Part shown: in pieces, positions 25,201-37,496 of the stretch
Layout of the letters: the number at the start of each line of letters is the position of its first letter
Position numbering within the stretch: the stretch's first letter is position 1
NCBI GenBank assembly: GCA_965649765.1
Contig: OZ287749.1
Span: 87,544,001-87,608,000, forward strand
From: Bispira polyomma
Lineage: Eukaryota
Length of the DNA: 64,000 nt
Direction: 5' to 3'
Program-made: the position numbers and the translations under genes
Notes under the pieces: model-generated
The model's input: only the letters and a program-made list of their open reading frames with translations
Told to the model about the DNA's origin: nothing
Database searches by the model: none

Positions 25201-25847
25201 TACTAAGAGTAAGAGTAAATTGTCACGTATTGTGTTAAATGAGTCATAAAATGTTGATGCTGGGCTAAAACCGATGACGTCGTCTATATAATTTATCACG
25301 ACATACCTCTGTGACGTCGTGATGAACCAAACTGAAAAATCATACTACCATGACGATACCCGAATGGTACAAGTGTATCAATATATATGATGTCAAGCTT
25401 CAAGCATAATAGTTCATGGTCAGCTGGGTCTATTTTACGTGACAGAATGCCCGGATGACGTTTAGCTTTTATAATACCGTTCCTTTACCTAATTTGATGA
25501 TATTTCTGGTGACATCATAAACTTTTCAAAGGGTTAAAATTAAAGGTGTACCCTGATATGTATATCACTTTATAGTTGCACTTGAAGTTAATATTTGTCA
25601 CCATGTGCCTAACCTATACATAAAGCATAAATTGTTAATTTGCTGCATTTACACCCAGCATCTACATTTACCTTTACACTATAAAATATCACTGTACATT
25701 AGAGAAAATAATAATGTAAGTGATGTATTGAATAATTTGTTAAAAAAAATAGCGATCCTAGCTGGAGACTGCATTGCCGAGATGGATTTATCAATGTGCA
25801 TATATCTAAGTGGATGGTACTCGTTTTTAGCAATAACTGTCAGGTTA

Positions 25848-26172
25848 AGTGTACGTCTCCACAAGTACCATTTTCACCAAACCATGTACGATTTGCAATG
25901 GCGATTTGTTTTCTCCTTATAAATTATATACAACTGTCTCCACACACACAAACACACACTTTACTATTTCCAATTGTGATAAAAGTTTTTGCTCCTGGAG
26001 TGGAAATATTTGCATTGGACTGAAAAATCGCACAGAATTGGTGCCATAAATAATAGTAAATCCAAGTCTTATAATCCCTGTACCAAGTCAAACTTGTGGA
26101 GACACAAACCACAAATATTTATCGCAAATGGTAGGATTGTACATCACCAGATAGTACTTGTGGAGACCTACA
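25848..26172. mobile_element. Small MITE with terminal inverted repeats
   Basis: GTGTACGTCTCCACAAGTAC ... GTACTTGTGGAGACCTACAC. Confidence 0.55.
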
Positions 26173-26398
26173 CGTAATCGGTTTATTATGATGACGCATT
26201 ATTTAATGTCAAATATATAACGGTCAGGTAATATATGGAGGAGGAAGTGTTCTTTTTATTTTGGTTCAAGTTTAATAATCCATGAACTACTCAGGAAAGG
26301 TCATTTGTATTAGGGGAATAATATTCTACTTTTCATGACACAATTCATCGTAGGCATTTAAAAAAGATGGTTTTGCAGTTTTTGTGAAAATTTTTTTA

Positions 26399-27180
26399 CA
26401 GGGTCCCATATTAAAGATGGTGCCACATCTGGAAAAATAAAGTTTGCAAGCAAATTTCCAAAAGCCACCAAGTTTTGAATTAGGAGGCTAATAGCCAAAG
26501 TTAAACTTAATGTGAGATATTGCAGAGGCTTGGCATATATCTAGGGACAGTAAATAAAGTGTTAAACAAAGTTATACAATTGAAATTGAGGAAAAAAATC
26601 CAAAGTTCATAAACTGTCTCATAACCAGTTTGAAAAACTAAGCCAAGGTTTGTGAAATCTGAATCTCAAGTTTAAATAATGTGAAATGCAAAACCTTGTT
26701 ACTGCTGATGAAGCTGGGTTCTACATTGCAGGCAACAATGGACAAAGAAGATTTTTTTTATGTTCAAAAAGGGGAAGATCCTGGTGATAAAGTGAAGTAT
26801 GTAAAAATAGCTGATATTGCATATGGCTTCATGGTTTGGGAAAGAGTAAGCTTTAATGGAAAAGCAAGCTTGAAATTTATGGGCAGAAGTTAACGTAAAT
26901 TCCTAATTTTATATAAAGAAGGTTGTAACTGTATTCACCAAGAAAGATGTACCAAACTTGTTACCTGGAAACAAGAAAAAAGACACGTCTTCTACCAATG
27001 TAGTGCCTCATTACATACTTCATTATACACTTCCTTAAAATTGGTTTAAAATAGGAGACACTAGAAGAGTGGATCTGGAAGAATCTTTACACTACTCCCA
27101 TGGAGTTAAGTATTTGGGGAATCTGCAGAGAGAGTTAGAGGTGCAACATTCATTCACTGGCTGCATTAAAAAGAAAAACA
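26399..27180 (+). mobile_element. Tc1/mariner-superfamily transposase remnant
   Basis: TA|CAGGGT start; fragments VTADEAGFY, GFMVW..VSFNGKASLKF, FYQCSA and PMELSIWG correspond to decayed DDD/E-domain motifs. Confidence 0.7.
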
Positions 27181-27965
27181 ATATTTTTCTTACATATTTC
27201 TTTCCAATAAACACAATGATCATCATATAAAATAAATATTTTCATTGATATTCTCTAAAAACCAATTGATTACTAGTATACATATCAAATATTGTAGCTA
27301 ATGTTTCAATTAGCTTCTATCGACTACATTTAAATAGATTACTTTTTTCACCAAAACAAGGCAAAAGTTTTTATAAATCAGTAGAAATAATTTTCTCTAA
27401 TGTGTGCCATAGTTCTTCAAATTTTGATGAACGATTTGGTAAACCCAGTTTGGTAAATTATGGTATTTCGATAAAGTGTCTAACATTGCAATAAAATTTT
27501 AGAATTACATGCACTGAAATTTTAAAACTTTCCTTGTGACTGACAGGTTGTCCCTATTTATAGGCATCAGCTCTAAAAGTTTACTTAAAGCAAAATACAA
27601 AATCTGTGTGTGAAATTAAAGATATCATTAACAATAGTACAATACATCAGCTAAAAATATTTATATATTTTCAGGTATGCTGTCCTTAAAGCAAAGTATT
27701 CACTGAGTAAGATCTGAGGAACTAATCTGAGGAAATAATTTGGGCATATAAAGGCAAGCCATTGGTTTAAACTTGATTTGCAAGTTATAATGTAACCATA
27801 CAACTTTTAAGGCTTTTATTTCCACCTAATTAAAAATGTAAACATTTAGTAATCCAGGATAATAAAAATGACATTTTGCTCTACTTTGAACTTGTTTATA
27901 AATAAATGTCAGACATCAGTGACAATAACTTAGACAATATAGGTAATAATTTTTAAAATATATAT

Positions 27966-28754
27966 CTCAGTAATTTCACCTTTTTGAATAACTGATACAG
28001 CAGCAGAAAAATTTAGAAAGTCATCTACAAAAAAATTCCTGTGAATATGGCCCAATAAAGTTGCTCTGACATCACCAAGAATCTGCAAATATAAATTATG
28101 AAGTTCTCATTCCTGACCAAATTCGATTTAATGGAGTATCAAGCTATAAACTGTGACCTAAACTTCTGTATTACTTTTATTAACATCAACTCTGTATTAT
28201 TTATTGCCAGTGTTTGATAAACTAATCCAATAATCTAATAATCAACAAAGACTTTAGACTGCCATTATCAAATTCTCTCTTGGTAAAAATTCTAGTTCAT
28301 CTTCTCTTTCTCTCCAATCAAGAGAAATTTGATACCTTGGGTAGTATTCATAAACTATTATTCAGCAATTCAGCGGCTTTAATTGCTGAAGACAGATGCT
28401 TGAGGATGACCACTTATCCCCATCTTCAAGTTCTGTATGGCATTATGGATAAGATCCAATGATGTTAATGACAGAGAACCACTCTTTGAAGTGATCAGCC
28501 AAGCTACTATGTATATGCCTGTACCTTGAACCCCTTGGCTGGAATCAAACCCATGCCATTTGCATTCATAAGCAAGTGTTACCCACTAGTCCACAGTGGA
28601 AGGTAAAGTAATGTGCAGAGTTTGTAACTCCAAATTGTAACTACAGCTGTATATAGTACTTTACCTTATAACTGTAATCTATACCAGGAGATACTCCAAG
28701 CTCTAATAACATCTTCTCGAATACAACAAGTTTGTCGAAATGCAACTGTTTCAT
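27966..28754 (-). pseudogene. GLYAT-like paralog B fragment 1 (exon 1 28754-28665, exon 2 28082-27966)
   Basis: MKQLHFDKLVVFEKMLLELGVSPGIDYSYK and ILGDVRATLLGHIHRNFFVDDFLNFSAAVSVIQKGEITE closely match the gene at 54517. The exon-2 donor is mutated GT>AT; exons 3-5 were not found. Confidence 0.85.
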
Positions 28755-29949
28755 GATGTTTTGTTAACATACACAGATCACAATTTACACCATTAACTGT
28801 CTACCTGTCCTGGATGATTTCAGCAGAAGTATATGTTCACTTCAGTATATCTACCTTTCGTCCTGTTTGTAGTTATCTTGATTTGATATTGCATAAACAC
28901 TACAGTACACACAATGCAGGTAGTCAAATTGGTTGTTCTATTTATATATTTTAGTCAAATTACATACTTAAGTACACTAAGATATCGAAGCTTATACTAT
29001 ATGAAAAATTGTGGCGTTGAACACTGTCACTTCCTATATGAATCAATGGGATATAAAAAGCCTTCATATAATACTTTGGTCTATTGGCTTAAAGTTGATA
29101 GATTTATGATCAGTTTAGGTGAAAACAAGTACTCTATGTATGTGTTCAATATAACATATTGCAATACAAAATTGGAATAGAAATACTATTGGTACACAAT
29201 ATGTCTGGTAAAATCTTTAGCTATTCCTCGATTATTGGTATTCCAAACTAATATGTAAAAGCGTACAATATATTTGTTAGCAATGGAATCGGAAATAAAG
29301 CAATGGATGCAATCTACACTGAATAAATTAGAAAACTTTTCATAATTTTAACAGCTTCTCAATTTTTTTTTTCTGATCACTGATTTTTACTATGCAAACT
29401 TTTTTTTTGGCATAAGTAGAAACTCATTTGATGTTAAACTCACGTCATTCCAAAATAGAACATGTTGCTGGAGACCACAGACCACCTTCTATTTGAGTTT
29501 TTTTTGTAGGGAGTTATATAACTTTTGACCCTCTCATTTAATGATGGCCGCCTGCAGTACTATTTTAACTATACCCTGGTATTCCACCACCTACACACCA
29601 TCTTCTCCGGCAACTGTCCTCAACACATTTGGCTTACTGCAGCATGCCAGACAGAAGTCCTCAGTCCACACATACATCTACGCAAGTCAGTAAAATAGAA
29701 ACACCAATGTCCCATGAACAAATAGGACATAGGAGCAGCTAAAAAACCTAAAATAGTAACACACTAATGTCCCTGACATTGCAACACATATACTAGGTCA
29801 AAAAGATCAAAGAACAATAACGTGTTCACTTAAACACACACACCAGGCACTTAGCAATAACATAGATACACTAATACCACCTTAACACATCAGAGTGCAG
29901 CCACTAATACTAGTAATACATCACTAAATTTATACTGAAACCTCCCTAA

Positions 29950-30441
29950 TGGGGTGTTCACACTGTTCGCGTTATCTGACCCGTTCTTCACCTGTTCTGA
30001 GAACTTGTGAGAACTTGAACAAACGTCTCAGGACTGGGCAAAAATGGGGTAGAACTGTAGCGAACGGCAAGAATGGATGCTACAGCAAGAAATTTTGAAC
30101 ATGTTCAAAACTTCTGTGGGTGGACGGCTCTGAAAGCACATCTTGAGAGAACTTAAGAAAACAGCAATGCCGGGGCGATGCCAGGGCGTAAACGGGAGTT
30201 GAACTGCTTAGAACTTGTGTGATCTGGCCAGTACTGGAGAGAACTTGAGAAAAGATAACATAACTTGGGCATAAACGGGGGTAAATGGGTCTAAAACAGG
30301 TCAAAAACGGGGGATGCAAATATATGCAAATGCAAATATACATTTTCCCGTCTTTTCTCGCCCGATCAGCCGAGTTCAGCCATAATACTCTAATACTCTA
30401 ATGTATTAAGGGGCGTTCACATAGTCCAAGTTCACGCCCCT
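29950..30441. mobile_element. PIF/Harbinger-type MITE (unit-1 copy, right end rearranged)
   Basis: TAA|TGGGGTGTTCACA left end and GCCCCT|TAA right end; TAA target duplication. Confidence 0.7.
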
Positions 30442-31399
30442 TAATACATTAGAGTGCATAAATTGAAACTATTAAAACACGGAACAGACCATACTAATTC
30501 ATTGAAACATTCTTTCCTACTCCCCATCCATAGTCCCTCTTCATTTTTTTTCTCACCAGCTTCCTCGTACAAACATTATCCTCTCCTCACTAATCTTTAT
30601 GGGTGACAATAAGTCAGGGATAATAGAAAAGAATAGCCACCAATAAATGGGTTTACCACCAATGAGCTACCAATCAGCGTTGTGAAAGATGAATGAAGTC
30701 AAACTGACAATGCTTAATCGCAAACATATAGCAGGGTTTTTTTTTGTTATTAAGTGTCTCCTCAATTGGTGGATTTATTAATTTTTGTAGTACTTTCTGT
30801 TAAACTCAAAGAAACCAGATGTGGGGAAGAGGAAGAGGCCTCAGGGTAGTGAAGTGGCAAAGGACAGCTGGCTCACACAGGGAAACTAAAACCTTCTTTC
30901 TTGAGGCTGAGGCGAATGAGGCTGACATTGGCTCTGGTGCTGATGATCTCTATGACCAATCAAAAGCAGAGGCAAGATGGGCTGCCCAAGAAGAGAAGGA
31001 CCGTCCAGTATATACTCTCTGAATAAAGTCTGGACTGAAAGGTGTTAAACATGAACGTGACACAGTTTTTGAAATATGTCATTGTTCTGGATTGAGGGTG
31101 TTGGGGATATTTGACCTTAAATATCACCCTTAGGTAAAACTACAGGTGGTCCAGAAAATAGCATTTTCTCACAAAAAAAGAGGTCAAGGTCATGTTCTGA
31201 GAATATATCGGTGGCCCAGGAAAGGGCCTTTGGGTGGCACTAAGACAGCCTTTACATTTTTCACAGGTCATCTTTTTCACAACTTCTTCAAATCATGTCA
31301 TTCTGCCATGGCCCCGACCCTACTGCAGAATTATAGTAATAATTGAAGTATAGTCTCTGCTTTTTGGGAATTTTGGTGTCCTCGTTACCCGCTGTGACT

Positions 31400-32067
31400 T
31401 CCTACATGTCGTAAAGATTCATCCCCTGTCTTCACCAGGCCAAGACTATCTTTATGACTGTATTTGGATCTTGTGACAAGGTTGTAAGTAGGCAGCAGAA
31501 TCTGTTGGTTGTAATACCAAAGGCATTTTCCACAACAACCCACAAGCATGTAAAAGTCGATAGTTGAAAATTCTGTGTTCATCTGCAAGCACCCTGAGAC
31601 TAAAAAGTTTCATAAGCCAGGTCCTAATGTAGTAGGGTGTACCTGTGGCATCCCTTGGCAGTAGGTTTGGATCTGGAAAGCCTAAGGTCCAATCTATAAT
31701 TGTGTCCTTTAAGTTGTTAAAAACTTGTGCATTCAAACAGGATTCATTTGTGCCTACATCAGGTCACAGGAACTTGATGCCACCCAGTTTAAAATTTCCC
31801 CGAACATGGTTGGAAAGATGACACATATTCATTTTCCAATACCCTCATGAGCCTATTGTAATGTCCATAATTGAACCTCCGGGATAAACATGGTTTGGAC
31901 CGGCACAGATTGAATATAAAAAACCATTGCAAACCTAACCCAATTATATGCACCTGGGGAGTCCGGAGGCAATGCAGATAAGATCTAATCCCTCTTTATC
32001 GCCCATATTCTCCGTCCTCTTCATCATCGTAAACAATTCTCCATGGCATCGAAGTGAATAGGGAGGG
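31400..32067 (-). mobile_element. PIF/Harbinger (HARBI1-like DDE) transposase remnant, truncated at the duplication junction
   Basis: RTWLMKLFSLRVLADEHRIFNYRL followed after a frameshift by VVENAFG..NRFCCLL, matching the Harbinger consensus WLMKP..RIFNYRLSRARRVVENAFG. Confidence 0.85.
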
Positions 32068-32198
32068 ATGTAAACATTTAGTAATCTAGGATAATAAAAA
32101 TGACATTTTGCTCTACTTTGAACTTGTTTATAAATAAATGTCAAACATCAGTGACAATAACTTAGACAATATAGGTAATAATTTTTAAAACTTTTTAC

Positions 32199-32975
32199 CT
32201 CAGTAATTTCAACTTTTGAATAACTGATACAGCAGCAGAAAAATTTAGAAAGTCATCTACAAAAAAATTCCTGTGAATATGGCCCAATAAAGTTGCTCTG
32301 ACATCACTGAGAATCTGCAAATATAAATTATGAAGTTCTCATTCCTGACCAAATTCGATTTAATGGAGTATCAAGCTATAAACTGTGACCTAAACTTCTG
32401 TATTACTTTTATTAACGTCAACTCTGTATTGTTTATTGCCAGTGTTTGATAAACTAATCCAATAATCTAATAATCAACAAAGACTTTAGACTGCCATTAT
32501 CAAATTCTCTCTTGGTAAAAATTCTAGTTCATCTTCTCTCCAATCAAGAGAAATTTGATACCTTGGGTAGTATTCATAAACTATTATTCAGCAAATCAGC
32601 GGCTTTAATTGCTGAAGACAGATGCTTGAGGATGACCACTTATCCCCATCTTCAAGTTCTGTATGGCATTATGGATAAGATCCAATGATGGTAATGACAG
32701 AGAACCACTCTTTGAAGTGATCAGCCAAGCTACTATGTATATGTCTGTACCTTGAACCCCTCGGCTGGAATCAAACCCATGCCATTTGCATTCATAAGCA
32801 AGTGTTACCCACTAGTCCACAGTGGAAGGTAATGTGCAGAGTTTGTAACTCCAAATTGTAACTACAGCTGTATATAGTACTTTACTTTATAACTGTAATC
32901 TATACCAGGAGATACTCCAAGCTCTAATAACATCTTCTTGAATACAACAAGTTCGTCGAAATGCAACTGTTTCAT
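32199..32975 (-). pseudogene. GLYAT-like paralog B fragment 2 (exon 1 32975-32886, exon 2 32314-32199)
   Basis: Duplicate of fragment 1. The exon-2 donor is intact but the exon is 116 nt (1-nt deletion near 32213); no exons 3-5. Confidence 0.85.
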
Positions 32976-34168
32976 GATGTTTTGTTAACATACACAGATC
33001 ACAATTTACACCATTAACTGTCTACCTGTCCTGGATGATTTCAGCAGAAGTATAGGTTCACTTCAGTATATCTACCTTCCGTCCTGTTTGTAGTTATCTT
33101 GATTTGATATTACATAAACACTACAGTACACACAATGCAGGTAGTCAAATTGGTTGTTCTATTTATATATTTTAGTCAAATTACATACTTAAGTACACTA
33201 AGATATCGAAGCTTATACTATATGAAAAATTGTGGCGTTGAACACTGTCACTTCCTATATGAATCAATGGGATATAAAAAGCCTTCATATAATACTTTGG
33301 TCTATTGGCTTAAAGTTGATAGATTTATGATCAGTTTAGGTGAAAACAAGTACTCTATGTATGTGTTCAATATAATATATTGCAATACAAAATTGGAATA
33401 GAAATACTATTGGTACACAATATGTCTGGTAAAATCTTTAGCTATTCCTCGATTATTGGTATTCCAAACTAATATGCAAAAGCGTACAATATATTTATTT
33501 GTTAGCAATGGAATCGGAAATAAAGCAATGGATGCAATCTACACTGAATAAATTAGAAAACTTTTCATAATTTTAACAGCTTCTCAATTTTTTTTCTGAT
33601 CACTGATTTTTACTATGCAAACTTTTTGGCATAAGTAGAAACTCATTTGATGTTAAACTCACGTCATTCCAAAATAGAACATGTTGCTGGAGACCACAGA
33701 CCACCTTCTATTTGAGTTTTTTTTGTAGGGAGTTATATAACTTTTGACCCTCTCATTTAATGATGGCCGCCTGCAGTACAATTTTAACTATACCCTGGTA
33801 TTCCACCACCTACACACCATCTTCTCCGGCAACTGTCCTCAACACATTTGGCTTACTGCAGCATGCCAGACAGAAGTCCTCAGTCCACACATACATCTAC
33901 GCAAGTCAGTAAAATAGAAACACCAATGTCCCATGAACAAATAGGACATAGGAGCAGCTAAAAAACCTAAAATAGTAACACACTAATGTCCCTGACATTG
34001 CAACACATATACTAGGTCAAAAAGATCAAAGAACAATAACGTGTTCACTTAAACACACACACCAGGCACTTAGCAATAACATAGATACACTAATACCACC
34101 TTAACACATCAGAGTGCAGCCACTAATACTAGTAATACATCACTAAATTTATACTGAAACCTCCCTAA

Positions 34169-34665
34169 TGGGGTGTTCACACTGTTCGCGTTATCTGACC
34201 CGTTCTTCACCTGTTCTGAGAACTTGTGAGAACTTGAACAAACGTCTCAGGACTGGGCAAAAATGGGGTAGAACTGTAGCGAACGGCAAGAATGGATGCT
34301 ACAGCAAGAAATTTTGAACATGTTCAAAACTTCCGTGGGTGGACGGCTCTGAAAGCACATCTTGAGAGAACTTAAGAAAACAGCAATGCCGGGGCGATGC
34401 CAGGGCGTAAACGGGAGTTGAACTGCTTAGAACTTGTGTGATCTGGCCAGTACTGGAGAGAACTTGAGAAAAGATAACATAACTTGGGCATAAACGGGGG
34501 TAAATGGGTCTAAAACAGGTCAAAAACGGGGGATGCAAATATATGCAAATGCAAATATACATTTTCCCGTCTTTTCTTGCCCGATCAGCCGAGTTCAGCC
34601 AAGTTACTCAGGTCTTGAGTAAACGGCAATGCCGGGGCATGAACTTGGACTATGTGAACGCCCCT
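34169..34665. mobile_element. PIF/Harbinger-type MITE (~497 bp, intact ends)
   Basis: TIRs TGGGGTGTTCACACTGT and ACTATGTGAACGCCCCT, flanked by TAA on both sides. Confidence 0.8.
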
Positions 34666-35029
34666 TAATACATTAGAGTGCATAAATTGAAACTATTAAA
34701 ACACGGAACAGACCATACTAATTCATTGAAACATTCTTTCCTACTCCCCATCCATAGTCCCTCTTCATTTTTTTTCTCACAAGCTTCCTCGTACAAACAT
34801 TATCCTATCCTCACTAATCTTTATGGGTGACAATAAGTCAGGGATAATAGAAAAGAATAACCACCAATAAATGGGTTTACCACCAATGAGCTACCAATCA
34901 GCGTCGTGAAAGATGAATGAAGTCAAACTGACAATGCTTAATCGCAAACATATAGCAGGGTTTTTTTTTGTTATTAAGTGTCTCCTCAATTGGTGGATTT
35001 ATTAATTTTTGTAGTACTTTCTGTTAAAC

Positions 35030-36510
35030 TCAAAGAAACCAGATGTGGGGAAGAGGAAGAGGCCTCAGGGTAGTGAAGTGGCAAAGGACAGCTGGCTCAC
35101 ACAGGGAAACTAAAACCTTCTTTCTTGAGGCTGAGGCGAATGAGGCTGACATTGGCTCTGGTGCTGATGATCTCTATGACCAATCAAAAGCAGAGGCAAG
35201 ATGGGCTGCCCAAGAAGAGAAGGACCGTCCAGTATATACTCTCTGAATAAAGTCTGGACTGAAAGGTGTTAAACATGAACGTGACACAGTTTTTGAAATA
35301 TGTCATTGTTCTGGATTGAGGGTGTTGGGGATATTTGACCTTAAATATCGACCTTAGGTAAAACTACAGGTGGTCCAGAAAATAGCATTTTCTCACAAAA
35401 AAAGAGGTCAAGGTCATGTTCTGAGAATATATCGGTGGCCCAGGAAAGGGCCTTTGGGTGGCACTAAGACAGCCTTTACATTTTTCACAGGTCATCTTTT
35501 TCACAACTTCTTCAAATCATGCCATTCTGCCATGGCCCCGACCCAACCGCAGAATTATAGTAATAATTGAGGTATAGTCTCTGCTTTTTGGGAATCTTGG
35601 TGTCCTTGTTACCCGCTGTGACCTCCTACATGTCGTAAAGGTTCATCCCCTGTCTTCACCAGGCCAAGACTATCTTTATGACTGTATTTGGATCTTGCGA
35701 CAAGGTTGTAAGCAGGCAGCAGAATCTGTTGGTTATAATTCCAAAGGCATTTTCCACAACAACCCACAAGCATGTAAAAGTCGATAGTTGAAAATTTTGT
35801 GTTCATCTGCAAGCACCCTGAGACTAAAAAGTTTCATAAGCCAGGTCCTAATGTAGTAGGATGTACCTGTGGCATCCCCTGGCAGTAGGTCTGGATCTGG
35901 AAAGCCTAAGGTCCAATCTATAATTGTGTCCTTTAAGTTGTTAAAAACTTGTGCATTCAAACAGGATTCATTGGTGCCTACATCAGGTCACAGGAACTTG
36001 ATGCCACCCAGTTTAAAATTTCCCCGAACATGGTTGGAAAGATGACACATATTCATTTTCTAATACCCTCATGAGCTTATTGTAATGTCCATAATTGAAC
36101 CTCCGGGATAACCATGGCTTGGACCAGTACAGATTGAATATAAAAAACCATTGCAAACCTAACCCAAATATATGCAGCTGGGGAGTCCGGAGGCAATGCA
36201 GATAAGATCTAATCCCTCTTTATCGCCCATATTCTCCGTCCTCTTCATCATCGTAAACAATTCTCCATGGCATCGAAGTGAATAGGGAGGGAGTCAGTTG
36301 AGTCACCCATCTTCGTCACGTATTAGCCATCCATGGATGTGTATTATTACCTGCATTCACCTATGCCTCATAGATAACTCTCAGTGCGCATTGGTGATGG
36401 ATTGGCAAGTTGCCAATGGCAACGCATTGTTCCTGGTTCTCAATGAAACCATACTACATTGGTAGGGGCTTAAAAAAAGCCAGATGGAATCTGTATTCGC
36501 CACCATTCTT
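35030..36510 (-). mobile_element. PIF/Harbinger autonomous-type remnant: transposase (-, ~36510-35620) facing a probable accessory-gene tail (+, 35043-35246)
   Basis: Same transposase motifs as 31400-32067, extending further 5'. The convergent + fragment FFLEAEANE..DDLYDQSKAEA resembles the tail of ORF 44766-45056. The accessory-gene call is tentative. Confidence 0.7.
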
Positions 36511-37496
36511 CCTCTTAGTTATAGCACCCTCTATACAATTGGACCTAGGAATTAGTGTGTTCTAGTTAACTGTATTTAAGTACTTGTATTCCATTTCCTA
36601 ATTAATTTATGACCTGCATTGTTTTGTTCATTATCTGTTTCCAGGATTTAGTAGACTGTACGTGATATTTTTTTGGCCAATGAAATTAGTACATTCTTGA
36701 ATGCTATGCTATGCTGTTTTGTTGGTACTGTATCCCCAATATGATGTGGCACTCAAAGCACGGTTCATTATTTCCATTATTCAGAGTCATAGTCATAAAC
36801 GAGATTCGTCAGAAAATACCATGTCACCTGGGACAGAAATGAACAGGAAACTATTTTCGGCTTCTACATTTCCTTTATCAAACTTGGGTACTCTGGGTTA
36901 CTCATACAAAATGTTTCTAGCATCTGAAAATTGTGTTAATCGGTTGGACACCAACATTGAAATCTTAGAATATCAGGCAAGGTAAACAAAATAGTAGTAA
37001 CTGGTCATTTCCAAATTATTCTTGCAAGTATACACCACTGAGTATAAAATTAATTCACTTTAACTTAAAGATAAATCACACAAAATATACCTGCAATAAA
37101 TGCAACACTAGTTTTCTCATTTAACGTCTTTCAAATAAATATGAAACAAGCATTCATGCAGTGACCTATTATTTGGTTACATATCTCAGAGAACAAAATT
37201 GTGGTTGATTTTTTACTTCATAACTCTGTTATCTTGTTATGCACTATTGTCGTGAAATGAGCAAAAAATTTGCTCACTTGCTCACTCACTCGTGAAATTG
37301 GCAACAAATTTTCTGCTCATTTCATGAAATGGGCAAGTAAATGTAAAATTGTAACTTTCATACACACAGTGATTCAAACATGTGACTCATGTGTTTTTAG
37401 AATTCATGTTATTTTTTTAACATATCTATAACTTCTACACACAAAATAAAACAACTTCTACATAGTAAAGTCAACATATCCTTGCATAAAGACAAC

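Larger units (their letters stand above)
27836..36292. repeat. Tandem segmental duplication, two ~4.23-kb units (27836-32068, 32068-36292)
   Basis: Near-identical sequence at an offset of ~4.22-4.23 kb, with duplicated ORF pairs (28914/33135, 30080/34299, 30819/35043). Junction GGGAGGGA|TGTAAAC at 32068 with 1-nt microhomology. Confidence 0.97.

Noticed and set aside
28914-29180. Conserved 88-aa ORF present twice (also the 30080/34299 and 31146/35370 pairs)
   Set aside because: Identity only reflects the recent 4.2-kb duplication; no domain is recognisable, and one pair lies inside a MITE.
36701-36985. 94-aa ORF ending at a donor-like AAG|GTAAAC; VFSDESR on the opposite strand
   Set aside because: No recognisable protein or partner exon; the isolated Tc1-like heptapeptide has no supporting motifs.
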